A stretch of DNA of 55,665 nucleotides, the filler included, from Candidatus Hydrogenedentota bacterium (GTDB taxonomy: Bacteria; JBFMHD01): the NCBI GenBank assembly GCA_040752395.1. It is 3 parts of 3 records of this genome, joined end to end, with 100 filler letters (N's around TTAATTAATTAA, not from the genome) between each part and the next. Parts side by side here need not be neighbours in the genome. Positions count along the whole stretch, not along the records: positions 43,240 to 55,665 come from JBFMHD010000070.1; 2 more parts are not named here. The stretch is one strand, 5' to 3'. Under the pieces are notes generated by a model, which was not told the DNA's origin, did not search any database, and worked only from the letters and a program-made list of their open reading frames with translations. Shown here one piece after another: positions 45,078 through 55,505 of this stretch (the stretch's first letter is position 1; every line of letters starts with the position of its first letter). A program made the position numbers and the translations under genes.

Positions 45078-46073
45078 ATGAATAGTAATTTTAACAAACT
45101 TCAGTTATTTTTCACTGTTGATGGTGATTGGATTGACTACACTTATGAAAAACTCATATCAAAAGAAAAATTTGCTCAATATCTGACTGAAGAGATTGCG
45201 TTTGCCAGACAATTCCTTCAAGGGAAGTTCATTCATTTGATTCACGTTTCTCCGTTAGCACAGCTTTTTTTCTTAGATGAGAGATTCATCCCATATTATC
45301 ATACCATAGAGAACAATGGTGGGAACATCGGTATCCATTCTCATATGGATAGGCCACTGAAAGAATATAATTTATTTCATAAGTATCAGGGTCTTATCAA
45401 GGAAGCTGTTACGCGTTTGAGGGCATCAGGTTTACGGCCCATAGCTCATCGAGGTGGCTTTTTTAGTTATGAAAATAATATGACTCGTTTTCTTGAAGAC
45501 ATAGGCATCCGTCTGGAACTCTCCAATTTTGTTAACCGAGCCTTCTCTTATGGAACTATCAAAGTTTGTGATTGGAGTAATTCAAAAAACTATGCTTATC
45601 GGCTTGACTATAATAATTATTTAGAAGAAGGCAAAAGCAGTGTCTGGGAGATACCTATTGGTTATGGTAATGACTCTCATCTTTATATGGAAAATCTCTC
45701 AGTTGACGATGTTATTCCACTATTACACTCGTTGAAGTCGAATCTGGCTGAACATAATTATTTTAATATCGCTGCTGTTATCACGCATTCATATTATTTC
45801 CCTTCGCTATTATATTCAAAAGAATTCAAGCCGATAGATAATAATCTCTTTCGAAATAAATATTTATATAAACTATTTATGATAATTCAGCGGATAAACA
45901 GAATCTTTCCATTTATCAATCGAATTTTATCTCTAAAGAAGTATTCCTGGACAGCGATATATTATCGCCGTATGTTCAGACAAATAATTAAATCTCTTAT
46001 TTTAGAAGCTGAATTCATTAATGGAGATGAAGCACTCTCATATCTTGATACTCACCATTCTTTAAAAAATTAA
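45078..46073 (+). CDS. Polysaccharide deacetylase-like protein
   Basis: FTVDGD, IGIHSH, HRGG and WEIPI motifs. Confidence 0.6.
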   Translation: MNSNFNKLQLFFTVDGDWIDYTYEKLISKEKFAQYLTEEIAFARQFLQGKFIHLIHVSPLAQLFFLDERFIPYYHTIENNGGNIGIHSHMDRPLKEYNLFHKYQGLIKEAVTRLRASGLRPIAHRGGFFSYENNMTRFLEDIGIRLELSNFVNRAFSYGTIKVCDWSNSKNYAYRLDYNNYLEEGKSSVWEIPIGYGNDSHLYMENLSVDDVIPLLHSLKSNLAEHNYFNIAAVITHSYYFPSLLYSKEFKPIDNNLFRNKYLYKLFMIIQRINRIFPFINRILSLKKYSWTAIYYRRMFRQIIKSLILEAEFINGDEALSYLDTHHSLKN

Positions 46074-46120
46074 ATGAGGGGTCGATTCTTACTTTTTTCA
46101 GAGGCGAAGAACCTAATAAT

Positions 46121-47488
46121 ATGTTATTACGTGTATGTCGTATAATTGATATTTTAGTAGCTGGATTGATAGGCACTCTAATTTTTATAAGTTTTATAAT
46201 CTTTTTACCAGTATTTAGATTCATCAGATTTTTAACTTATGATACTCGAACAAGAAAACCGAGGATGTTTACAACCTTTAATATGTCCTATGCGGGTTTT
46301 GTTGAACGCGGGATGGAGTGGCGTGTTCTTGACCAGGACCTTGATAGCTTTTTTGAAAGGGCAATCGTTTTTCTTATTATTGCAGATGTTCAAAATACTA
46401 TAATCGCTAAAGATGGAGGGCTAATAATTATCGACAATAAGCATCTGTTCAAAGACGTTGTATGGCTAAAAGAAAATTTTAGATTTTTATATATTTTATT
46501 AAGTTTTATTTATGAAACAATGCTGATAAGTTTATTGGTCTGGAAGCATTCAATTGATTTTAGTCGGGTGCGGGGACCGTTTTATGAAGGATTATTAGGG
46601 CTTGCTCAAAAATGTCTTAATGGTATACCATATATCATTTCAGTCCATGCTGATTGGGACAGGATGTATAAAGAAACCGGTCAAGGAGTATTATGCAGGT
46701 ATAAATTCATAGATGAAATAGTCGAGAGGATTAATTTATTTTTTGCTGATTCTGTCATCTCTTTTTTTCCTGCGCAAGAAAGCTACCTTTTAAGACACCG
46801 GGCACGAAAAAATAGGATCAGGCTATCTTATGTCCCAACACGTTTTTATGAATTATTTTCCAAGATTGATAAGTCCCCACAACAACTCAAAGAGGAATTA
46901 CATCTCCCGCTTGATAAAAGAATTCTAATGTATGCAGGCCGTTTCAGTGTTGAAAAATATGTTGATGATTTGATAAGAGTATTATACGAGATACGAAAAA
47001 GTATAATAGATAGTGTACTGGTGTTGATAGGTCGTGGACCTGCAGAATTTGAGTTACAGAGGCTATGCACAGACCTTGGGTTCTCAGAGCAGGATGTAAT
47101 CTTTATTCCTTATCAGAACCATAGTAATCTTGCAAAATATTACCTCTGCGCTGATGTACATTTAGCGCCAGATGGCGGAAGCAGTATGAGAGAGGCCTTG
47201 TTTTCAGGAAAGCCAGTGGTTGGTTATAATATCTGGACAGTCACAGAATTTATTGAAGATGGTAAAAATGGGTTGATAGTAGAATTCCGCAATATCCAGA
47301 AATTAGCTGAAGCTGTCATTTCACTTCTTAATAATCCGGAATTATCACACTCTATTGCTGAAAACGCAGTAAAAGATGCTTATTCTTTATATTCCGCACC
47401 AAAAGTATATGCTCATCGGAAAAAGATATATGGAGAATTATTAAAGAATCGATACCCGAATCTTGAAATTAGCTATGAAGAATCTTAA
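46121..47488 (+). CDS. GT4 glycosyltransferase
   Basis: YAGRFSVEKY and REALFSGKPVV motifs. Confidence 0.85.
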   Translation: MLLRVCRIIDILVAGLIGTLIFISFIIFLPVFRFIRFLTYDTRTRKPRMFTTFNMSYAGFVERGMEWRVLDQDLDSFFERAIVFLIIADVQNTIIAKDGGLIIIDNKHLFKDVVWLKENFRFLYILLSFIYETMLISLLVWKHSIDFSRVRGPFYEGLLGLAQKCLNGIPYIISVHADWDRMYKETGQGVLCRYKFIDEIVERINLFFADSVISFFPAQESYLLRHRARKNRIRLSYVPTRFYELFSKIDKSPQQLKEELHLPLDKRILMYAGRFSVEKYVDDLIRVLYEIRKSIIDSVLVLIGRGPAEFELQRLCTDLGFSEQDVIFIPYQNHSNLAKYYLCADVHLAPDGGSSMREALFSGKPVVGYNIWTVTEFIEDGKNGLIVEFRNIQKLAEAVISLLNNPELSHSIAENAVKDAYSLYSAPKVYAHRKKIYGELLKNRYPNLEISYEES

Positions 47489-48335
47489 AATTGACTACAA
47501 AAAGGAAGATAATAATTTTATTATATCAGCGTATTTGGATAATATTGTTAAAGGTGAGATGAGTGTGAAGGAGCTTCCCTGGGATACTGGATTGTTAGGG
47601 TTTAAGTGCATACGGATAACAGGTATATATTTTAAAGAGAATAATTTTGATTATGAGATTGCAAAGCAGATGGTCAGTTATCTTCTTGCAAGCGATATTA
47701 TTGGATTCAATTTAATAATGTTCAGGTTTCCAAGTATTCAAATGAAGCTCGGGCAAAACCTTGAATCGCTTGGTTTCTATCAGGTTGAAAACCTGCTTAC
47801 TTTTAAATTTACTCTGTCTGAACCAATTAGGCCAGCATTTGACGCTCTATCTGGTGTAACGATTTGTTTGTTAAACAGAGAGGATGAAAAAGAAATAAAT
47901 TCTGTCTGTGAGATCGCAGCAAATGAATTTAAATACAGCCGATATCATATGGATCCACATATTCCATTTGATAAAGCAGCTAATCTAAAAGCTCAGTGGA
48001 CTCGGAACTCCTGTCTTGGTAGAGCTACTGCTGTTTTTGTTGCTCGATATAATTCTAATATAGTCGGTTTTATATTGTGTAATATTTTGACAAAGTGTGA
48101 TTCACTTATTAGTGTAATAGACCTTATAGGAGTCGATTCAAGGTTTGCGAATCAAGGGATAGGAAAAGCTCTGGTCGGTTATCTTCTTACATTCAGTAAG
48201 GAGAAAGGAGCCAGGTACTGTCTTGCTGGTACTCAGAGTCATAATCTTGGTTCGATACGAATGTATCTTAAAAGTGGGTTTATGCTTGATGCCTCTGAAC
48301 TTACTTTTCATTACTATAAGGATAATAACCAATGA
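47475..48335 (+). CDS. GNAT acetyltransferase (WecD/RffC-like)
   Basis: LPWDT, SRYHMD, IDLIGV...QGIGK and GTQSHN motifs; adjacent to a DegT aminotransferase. Confidence 0.8.
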   Translation: MKNLKIDYKKEDNNFIISAYLDNIVKGEMSVKELPWDTGLLGFKCIRITGIYFKENNFDYEIAKQMVSYLLASDIIGFNLIMFRFPSIQMKLGQNLESLGFYQVENLLTFKFTLSEPIRPAFDALSGVTICLLNREDEKEINSVCEIAANEFKYSRYHMDPHIPFDKAANLKAQWTRNSCLGRATAVFVARYNSNIVGFILCNILTKCDSLISVIDLIGVDSRFANQGIGKALVGYLLTFSKEKGARYCLAGTQSHNLGSIRMYLKSGFMLDASELTFHYYKDNNQ

Positions 48336-49474
48336 AACAATTTAAGATTAATTTCAATGCGATACAACTTAAGCAAGCTGATATCAAGCGAGTTATCGAG
48401 GTTTTAGAAAGCGGTTGGCTTGCTCATGGTAAATATTCTAAAGCACTGGAGCAGGAGATATGTAAGTTGACCGGTTCTAAATACTGCGTTCTTGTTTCAA
48501 GCTGTACTGCAGCATTACATCTGTCTATGATTGCATGTTGTGTAGGTCGAGGCGATGAAGTTATTGTGCCGGTGCAGACCCATGTTGCTACAGCACATGC
48601 TGTTGAATATACTGGTGCTAAACCGGTTTTTGTTGATGTGGAACTTGACACTGGAAATATTGATGTCAGATGTCTAAAAAAAGCTATAAGCCCAAAAACC
48701 AAAGGAATTATAGTAGTACATTTAGCCGGGCAATCAGCTCGAATGAAAGAGATTATGGATATCGCCAAGAGGAGAGGTGTTTTTGTGGTTGAAGATTGTG
48801 CTCATGCTCCTGGCACGTTATATCGTGGTCAACATGTCGGCACATTTGGCATCACAGGATGTTTTTCGTTTTATCCCACAAAACATATAACCACAGGTGA
48901 GGGGGGCGCTGTTATAACTAATGACGTGAAAATATATAATAAAATTAATCATTATAAAGCATTTGGTATTGATACGCCGCCTGAGTTGCGGAAGAGACCC
49001 GGCGTCTATGATGTTTGCGGCCTCGGTTATAATTACCGTATGACAGATTTTCAGGCTGCTATGGGTTATAGCCAGATAATAAGGTTTAAGACAGAGAATC
49101 TAAAATTAAGACAGAAAATTGCAAAAAATTATATTAGACTTCTTTCTCCGTTGCGAAACAAAATCAGTTTCCCAGATTTCAACAAAGAATGCTCATATTT
49201 CTTTTTCCCGATTTATATTAAAAATGATATTCGGGATCTGGTTATTATGGATCTCAAGGAAGCACAGGTCGGGGTCAGTATACATTATGCTACAATTGTG
49301 CCGATGATGTCATATTACAAAAATAAATATAATCTGAGCGAAGATTTATTTCCAAATGGCAGTTATATCGCCCGACATCAGATTACCTTGCCTGCTCAAC
49401 CATCTCTGACGTTAGCTGAACAGAAATATATTGCTGCAGTTTTAAAGGCAAGTTTAAGGAGAAGATCACAATGA
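48332..49474 (+). CDS. DegT/DnrJ/EryC1/StrS aminotransferase
   Basis: SSCTAALH, EDCAHA and FSFYPTKHITTGEGG motifs. Confidence 0.95.
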   Translation: MKQFKINFNAIQLKQADIKRVIEVLESGWLAHGKYSKALEQEICKLTGSKYCVLVSSCTAALHLSMIACCVGRGDEVIVPVQTHVATAHAVEYTGAKPVFVDVELDTGNIDVRCLKKAISPKTKGIIVVHLAGQSARMKEIMDIAKRRGVFVVEDCAHAPGTLYRGQHVGTFGITGCFSFYPTKHITTGEGGAVITNDVKIYNKINHYKAFGIDTPPELRKRPGVYDVCGLGYNYRMTDFQAAMGYSQIIRFKTENLKLRQKIAKNYIRLLSPLRNKISFPDFNKECSYFFFPIYIKNDIRDLVIMDLKEAQVGVSIHYATIVPMMSYYKNKYNLSEDLFPNGSYIARHQITLPAQPSLTLAEQKYIAAVLKASLRRRSQ

Positions 49475-50457
49475 GTAATAACGTTTTTGTTAATGGAGGG
49501 ATGGGATTTATTGGCCACCATATATGCATAGAACTCAAAAAAAATGGTTATTTCCCAATAGCGATAGACCATATGAATCAGTTTGAATTCAGAAGTGATA
49601 AAGAGCTGTATCAGAGTTTTATCAATGAGCGATATGAACTTTTGAAGTCCCATTCAATCAAGGTTGTCATATTGGATACAGGTGATCAGGACCATTATAT
49701 AAAACTTCTTAAAGAGTATCAGCCAGTGATTATTTATCATATGAGTGCGATTGCGAGCGCTAAGATTTGCCAGACCAATCCCCATCTTGCTATAACTGAA
49801 AATCTAATGAAAGTAGAACAGGTGCTTAATTATATCTTACAATCAAAAATAAAAACTAAATTCGTTTTCGCTTCGTCTTCTGTGGCTTATGGTGATTTCG
49901 AAACAGACTCGGTTAATGAGGAAACAATGCTTAATCCTAGAACCGTCTATGGATTTACCAAAAAAACTGCAGAAGAACTGATACGGATGTATAAGGCTTT
50001 ATATGGGTTAACTTATACTATACTTAGACCATCAGCATTATATGGTCCCCGGTGTATCAATCTGCGGGTAAGTCAGATTATTATTGAACGTGCCATAAGG
50101 GGTGAAACCATAATTATCAATGGTGATGGTATGGAGCGTCTTGATTTTAGTTTTGTTGATGATACTGTTCAGGGTTTTATCAAAGCAGGTATAAAACCTG
50201 AGGGTAATAATCAGGTATTCAATATCACCTATGGCGAATCACGCCCTGTGAATCTATTAATTGATATTGTTAGAGAATATTTTCCAGATTTAAAAATTGA
50301 GTACCGTGAACGCGATAAAATAATGCCCAAACGAGGAACACTTGACATTAGTAAAGCCCGAAAGATTCTTGGTTATTTACCAGAGTATCCTGTTGAAAGA
50401 GGATATCCACTATACATTGAATGGTATTTGAAACGCGAGAAAAACAAGAGGGGGTAG
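49471..50457 (+). CDS. NAD-dependent epimerase/dehydratase
   Basis: GGMGFIG and YGFTK motifs. Confidence 0.92.
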   Translation: MSNNVFVNGGMGFIGHHICIELKKNGYFPIAIDHMNQFEFRSDKELYQSFINERYELLKSHSIKVVILDTGDQDHYIKLLKEYQPVIIYHMSAIASAKICQTNPHLAITENLMKVEQVLNYILQSKIKTKFVFASSSVAYGDFETDSVNEETMLNPRTVYGFTKKTAEELIRMYKALYGLTYTILRPSALYGPRCINLRVSQIIIERAIRGETIIINGDGMERLDFSFVDDTVQGFIKAGIKPEGNNQVFNITYGESRPVNLLIDIVREYFPDLKIEYRERDKIMPKRGTLDISKARKILGYLPEYPVERGYPLYIEWYLKREKNKRG

Positions 50458-51302
50458 CTAATTTGGACCACTTAACCGAACCATTAGTAAGTGTTGTAAT
50501 GAATTGTTATAATGCAGAAAAATATCTAAAAAAAGCTATGGATAGCGTATTTAAACAGACCTATAAAAACTGGGAGATAATTTTTTTTGATAATGCATCG
50601 ACTGACAACAGTGCTGAGATCGCAAGAAGTTACGGAGAAAAAGTAAAGTATTATAGAAGCGATAAAACTTATCCCCTTGGTGATGCCCGCAACCTTGCAC
50701 TCGAAAAAGTTAACGGTGAATACATAGCTTTTCTTGATTGCGACGATGTCTGGAACCCTGAGAAATTAGAAAGACAAACCATAGAATTTGAAAAAGATAA
50801 GGATTTGGGTTTTGTTTTCTCGGATGCGTATTACACTGATGAAACTGACAATGTAGGCGATAGGATTCTGAAATATGTTGATACCTCGAAAATTAAGGGT
50901 CCGTTTGATATTCTAAAGAGAGGGGTTCTGATAGTCTGGTCAATGATAATGATAAGAAAAAAAATATTAGATAGAGTAGGTCTTTTTAATCCAGAACTTA
51001 TGTTTTGTGAAGACGATGATATGATTTTTAAATTAGCATTTGAAGGCCCGTTTAAATTAATAAACGAGCCGCTTGGCTGCTGGAGATATCATTCTACTAA
51101 TTTGACAAGCAATATAAATTTTAAAATGAAAAAGAAAGAAAAAGTAATCGTTCTGAGAAACATTTTAGAAACTAAAAAATTGTCGATTTTAGAGAAAATT
51201 GAATTAAGACTGTTTATATATAAAACAATTATGACATTCGAGATGGTATGCAAAATATTTGATAAAATCCGAGAATACATCTTTAGGTGGGTAAAAAGTT
51301 AA
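50421..51302 (+). CDS. GT2 glycosyltransferase
   Basis: VSVVMNCYN, DNASTD, FLDCDD and ED motifs; start uncertain. Confidence 0.92.
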   Translation: MVFETREKQEGVANLDHLTEPLVSVVMNCYNAEKYLKKAMDSVFKQTYKNWEIIFFDNASTDNSAEIARSYGEKVKYYRSDKTYPLGDARNLALEKVNGEYIAFLDCDDVWNPEKLERQTIEFEKDKDLGFVFSDAYYTDETDNVGDRILKYVDTSKIKGPFDILKRGVLIVWSMIMIRKKILDRVGLFNPELMFCEDDDMIFKLAFEGPFKLINEPLGCWRYHSTNLTSNINFKMKKKEKVIVLRNILETKKLSILEKIELRLFIYKTIMTFEMVCKIFDKIREYIFRWVKS

Positions 51303-51522
51303 AAGTGAGAAGTATCAGAAAACACCAACACCAGACGCCCAATTAAAAAATTATCTTGTCAAAACTTTCCGGTAGCTGTATACTTTGCTGTGAATTAAGC
51401 ATTAGGGTAACTTCCGCATAGTATTATTAAATTTTATTAATATTAGATGGAGGTCCTTTATCTTTTCAATATTTTTTCAATTTAAAAAGTGCTTAACTAT
51501 AGATACATTTAATATAGAGGTA

Positions 51523-51738
51523 ATGGAAATGGCAACAACAAGAAATGTATTAACTATCCCTAAAAAAATTACAAGAGGCGAAGAATTGGTTATTCTAACA
51601 AGAGAGGAATACGAAAATACGATTGCACAAAATAAAGAAATTTTAAAAGTGTTAAAAATAATTGCTGAGGGTGAAGAAACTTATCGTAAAGGAGAAACTA
51701 TTTCTGCATCTTCTTTAGAAGAATCTCTGGTTAATTGA
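51523..51738 (+). CDS. Antitoxin-like small protein with no toxin downstream
   Basis: TIPKKITRGEELVILTREEYE...EGEETYRKG resembles antitoxins paired with RelE/ParE toxins; GAGGT RBS. Confidence 0.55.
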   Translation: MEMATTRNVLTIPKKITRGEELVILTREEYENTIAQNKEILKVLKIIAEGEETYRKGETISASSLEESLVN

Positions 51739-51780
51739 GCAGTCGGGGAAAAAACTCTCCGGTCCCTTATATAAATAGTA

Positions 51781-51803
51781 GTAGGGGCAAATTTATCCGC
51801 CCT
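51781..51803 (+). repeat. REP-like element
   Basis: GTAG-GGGC-N10-GCCC. Confidence 0.4.
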
Positions 51804-51936
51804 GAGAACAGGTGGAAGCAAGCCCAAATACCAATTGCCAGAAAACAATGGCTGTCTAATAAACAATTGGTGTGGTGGCAAGAAGCAAGATAACGGAAAA
51901 CGATATATGACGGACTGTGCGGTCGGACGCGATACT

Positions 51937-52569
51937 ATGTCTGATTTTTTTTTGAAATATCCGGTTATCGTTCTTGATTTTGATGGCGTGATTATCGACA
52001 GCGCAAAAATAAAAACTGATGCATTCGCAGAACTATTTAATAATAACAAAGAGTTGATTGAGTTCCATAAAAAAAATACTGGCATCTCAAGATTTGTGAA
52101 GTTTAGATATTATTATGAAAATATATTAAAAGAACCTGTTTCTGATGAAAAACTTGATGAACTTAACAAAAAGTTCAATAAAATAGTAATGGATAAAATT
52201 AAGGATACTGGATTGATAAGTGGAATAAAGGAGTTTTTAGAACGATATTGGCTTGATAAAAAACTTTATATATGTTCCGGAGCACCGATAAACGAGGTAA
52301 TGGAGATTGTTAAAAGTAAAGATATAATAAAATATTTTAAAGGTATCTATGGTCAACCAGGAGAAAAAAATGACATCCTTAATGAAATCGCAGATATAGA
52401 AAAAGTCAAAAAAGACAGGATATTATTTATCGGGGATGGTCTATCAGATTATGAGGCTGCTAAAAAGACAGGAATAGATTTCATAGCATTTATACATAAT
52501 GAAAATAAAGATTATTTTGAAAAACTGGATGTCTGTAAAATATATGAAAGTTTTTTATCAGTATTGTGA
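51937..52569 (+). CDS. HAD-family hydrolase
   Basis: DFDGVIIDS and FIGDGLSD motifs; start moved to MSDFFLKY. Confidence 0.88.
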   Translation: MSDFFLKYPVIVLDFDGVIIDSAKIKTDAFAELFNNNKELIEFHKKNTGISRFVKFRYYYENILKEPVSDEKLDELNKKFNKIVMDKIKDTGLISGIKEFLERYWLDKKLYICSGAPINEVMEIVKSKDIIKYFKGIYGQPGEKNDILNEIADIEKVKKDRILFIGDGLSDYEAAKKTGIDFIAFIHNENKDYFEKLDVCKIYESFLSVL

Positions 52570-52584
52570 TATAGAAGCGAGCAT

Positions 52585-53781
52585 ATGGTCTCTGGTAAAG
52601 ATATTATTTGTATCTCACCCTTGAGATATGAAGAACATTTAACAGGTAAACAACAGATAATGAACCTATTATCAAAAAATAATAGGATATTTTTCTGTCA
52701 ACGAGAGACAGGGCTTGAACATATTATTAAACATCCACAATACTTTCTTGACGTAATAAAATATTTTACAAACTCTATATATACTAAAAATAATATTACT
52801 TTTGTTGAATCGCCTCTTCTTTTACCAGGCAGGTATTACTCTGAAACTATAAATAAATATAACCAGCTGATTATTGCGAGACGCTTGTTGAGATTATATA
52901 ATAAATATAATATTAAAGACCCGATACTCTGGACATTTGTGCCACATTCAGCAGAATTGATTATTCGATTACCTCACTCTTTAGCTATATATCATTGTTC
53001 TGAATATTATGATGTTCTATCAGAGGGTAGAAAAAAAGTTGTTCTGACAAAACTTGAATCTGAGTTGTGTGAAAAGGTCGATATTATATTTGCTGTTACA
53101 AATGGTATCTATGAAAAGGTTAAAAATATAGCACCTGATAAAAGTTATCTCTGCTATAATGGTGTCGATACCGCACTCTTTAATAAAACCTTGAATATAA
53201 ACGAGAGAGAAATCCCACAGGATATCGCATCCATCAAAAAACCAAGACTGGGACATATCGGGATGTTTAACGGAAAGGTGGATATTGATTTGATAATAAA
53301 AATTGCAAAGGAAAATCCAACCTGGAATCTTATTTTTGTTGGTAAGATATTTTATTCGGATATTGATAAAATAAAATTTATGAAGTTAGTAAGATTAAAT
53401 AATGTCCATTTTCTTGGGAACCGTAACCCAAAAGTTTTGCCATACTATATAAAACCAATGGACTGCTGCTTGATTCTGGGGAAGCGAAATAAATGGACAG
53501 AAATCACAAGACCATTAAAGTTTTATGAATATCTTGCATCAGGTAAACCCATCGTATCTATAGGGTTTCCTGAGTTGAATGAATTTTCTGATTGGATATT
53601 TATTTCAGAGAACTATGAGGGATATATCGATAACATAAGGAAGATACTCTCAGGGATGGTAAAAAAAACCTCTGAAGAACAAGCAAAATTTGCAGAAAGA
53701 TTTTCTTGGGAGAGAGTAGTTGATAGAATATCAGTGATTATTGAAGAAAAATTGAGTGTCAGAATGTTAAAAGAGACGTAG
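52585..53781 (+). CDS. GT-B glycosyltransferase (TuaH-like)
   Basis: NGVD and PLKFYEYLASGKPIVS motifs. Confidence 0.88.
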   Translation: MVSGKDIICISPLRYEEHLTGKQQIMNLLSKNNRIFFCQRETGLEHIIKHPQYFLDVIKYFTNSIYTKNNITFVESPLLLPGRYYSETINKYNQLIIARRLLRLYNKYNIKDPILWTFVPHSAELIIRLPHSLAIYHCSEYYDVLSEGRKKVVLTKLESELCEKVDIIFAVTNGIYEKVKNIAPDKSYLCYNGVDTALFNKTLNINEREIPQDIASIKKPRLGHIGMFNGKVDIDLIIKIAKENPTWNLIFVGKIFYSDIDKIKFMKLVRLNNVHFLGNRNPKVLPYYIKPMDCCLILGKRNKWTEITRPLKFYEYLASGKPIVSIGFPELNEFSDWIFISENYEGYIDNIRKILSGMVKKTSEEQAKFAERFSWERVVDRISVIIEEKLSVRMLKET

Positions 53782-53784
53782 TTA

Positions 53785-53814
53785 TATACTGCCCCTTGAA
53801 ACGTGAGACACTTT
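53785..53814 (+). mobile_element. Isolated IS3-like end related to the 85-bp MITE
   Basis: TATACTGCCCCTTGAAACGTGAGACACTTT matches 21 of 30 positions of 4835-4864. Confidence 0.5.
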
Positions 53815-54063
53815 AAAGGGGGAGGAAAAAGCTCTTTGAAAAAGCTGCAGTTAAAAATAAAAAGTTGATCCTTGCAACACAATTTCTGAAAAATATGAGA
53901 GAGTACAAAACTCCGCTTATTGCAGAAGTTAATGATATTTATAATGTGATTAAAGCCGGCGGATGGGGGAGACAGTTGTCTGAAGAAACAGCGATAGGTA
54001 AATACCCAAAGGAAGCTGTAAGAATTATTAATAAAATAAGCAATACCTGTCGTATTTGATTTA

Positions 54064-55419
54064 TTACTTTCTTTTTAAGCCGTAGCCGAGTTTCTGGACC
54101 TCTTTACGTATCCTTTCCTCATCATCTTTAGTAATACCCAACTTTAATGCGCCGAGGTCTTTACTATACTCTTCTTTTTTATTTTTTAAGATATAAATAT
54201 CAGGTGGGTATTTTTCTAAATGCTCTTTTTTGAATAAATTAGTATGAACCTTGCCATCAAATAAACCAGGCACCACAATCCCCCTCATATAAAGAAATGT
54301 AGGTAATATATCCTCAACATTTATTCCTCCGCTACCACAAGCAGGATTAAATTCATCCCCTCTTAGCGAAATAAAACCATTAAATGAAATAGCAAAACCA
54401 TTATCATTAATAATAGATGCAGGTTCATAGTCATTGAATATCTTTAATGTGTTATCATTTGATATAAGAATAATATCAGGTGCGTTTTTGAAGTATTTTC
54501 CAATGAATAAACTCTCTTTTGGTAATACGCTAATATCTGGGGGCAGTTCTTTTTTTAATTCTTCAATGATATTATCTCTTAACTCATTAAAAGCTATACC
54601 TTTATTTACTATACCAAATGGTTCTCTTTCTCTTAAGTTTATAGAAATAGTGCCTTCATTTAAGGAATAGGCTTTTGTTTTTTCCCAAACAAAGTGTTTA
54701 AATATTTTTTGCAGATAAGAGGTACTGCCTATACCAATAGCATTTTTGATCGTATTTATCATTTTTTGCGAATGAGAGGATTCTTTATATTTGAAGGATA
54801 TAAAGTCTTTTTTTGTTAACCACTCTATAAGATTGAAACTTGAACTATATTTTTTAAGGGTATATAGAGATGAAAAAATTATTGTGGCGTCTTTAGAAAA
54901 ACTAATAATTTTGTTAAAAAGATCTTCAATCCAGGAGTCGACCCTAGCATTTCCCTGAAAATACAGATAAGAAAAGTCAACTATTATCTCGCAGAATTCA
55001 CAGCCGACTGATTCTAACAGGCTTATCTCTTTATCAATAAAAGATTTAAAGGTTTCGATGTTATAACATCTAAATTTTTTTATAGAGCCTCTCCTTATAG
55101 TAAATATTTTTTCTTCGTCGTAATCGTAAAATATTGAAATCGAGTGTAATGATACATTATTTTCAAGAAGATAAATGTACAAACCTTTATGTTCGAGGTT
55201 TATAAAAAACGGGATGAGATTAGCGGTTTTATTATCGATAAAATATTTTCCGAAGACATTGTGATTTTGGGGCAGTAACCCTGTTCTGTAAGTTTCTCTT
55301 AGAGCCCAGAGATTAGGGTATTGGAAAGAGGTTTTATAAGTGATTGTAAATAAGTTTGAAAATTTATTCAAAACTATATTGTCTGGTAAGCCGTTGAACT
55401 GAATATGAATATATCGCAT
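54064..55419 (-). CDS. Alkaline phosphatase superfamily (type I phosphodiesterase-like), degenerate
   Basis: TGLLPQNH, INLREREPFGIV, APDII, DILPTFL and DEERIRKEVQKLGY motifs. Confidence 0.75.
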   Translation of the reverse strand: MRYIHIQFNGLPDNIVLNKFSNLFTITYKTSFQYPNLWALRETYRTGLLPQNHNVFGKYFIDNKTANLIPFFINLEHKGLYIYLLENNVSLHSISIFYDYDEEKIFTIRRGSIKKFRCYNIETFKSFIDKEISLLESVGCEFCEIIVDFSYLYFQGNARVDSWIEDLFNKIISFSKDATIIFSSLYTLKKYSSSFNLIEWLTKKDFISFKYKESSHSQKMINTIKNAIGIGSTSYLQKIFKHFVWEKTKAYSLNEGTISINLREREPFGIVNKGIAFNELRDNIIEELKKELPPDISVLPKESLFIGKYFKNAPDIILISNDNTLKIFNDYEPASIINDNGFAISFNGFISLRGDEFNPACGSGGINVEDILPTFLYMRGIVVPGLFDGKVHTNLFKKEHLEKYPPDIYILKNKKEEYSKDLGALKLGITKDDEERIRKEVQKLGYGLKRK

Positions 55420-55505
55420 CTGGTATACCCTTTTCCCCTTTACATATTGACATATATAAAAATGTCAATTACTATTTTTCAAGTCTCTGAAAAACCCTGT
55501 TCGTA

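Noticed and set aside
51835-51936. N-terminal extension of the HAD protein, and GTGCG as a group II intron start
   Set aside because: The extension is repeat-derived, and no intron domain V/VI or reverse transcriptase is visible.
12749-53781. Linking wzc or the PorV locus to the polysaccharide cluster by proximity
   Set aside because: They are on different contigs separated by an artificial linker.
53865-54059. 64-aa ORF after the IS-like end
   Set aside because: TTG start, no recognisable transposase or other motif.
444-54670. Numerous short antisense or out-of-frame ORFs in the track (e.g. 444-743, 6356-6865, 9770-10150, 20422-20784, 41919-42260)
   Set aside because: They are shadows of well-supported genes, with no motifs or RBS.
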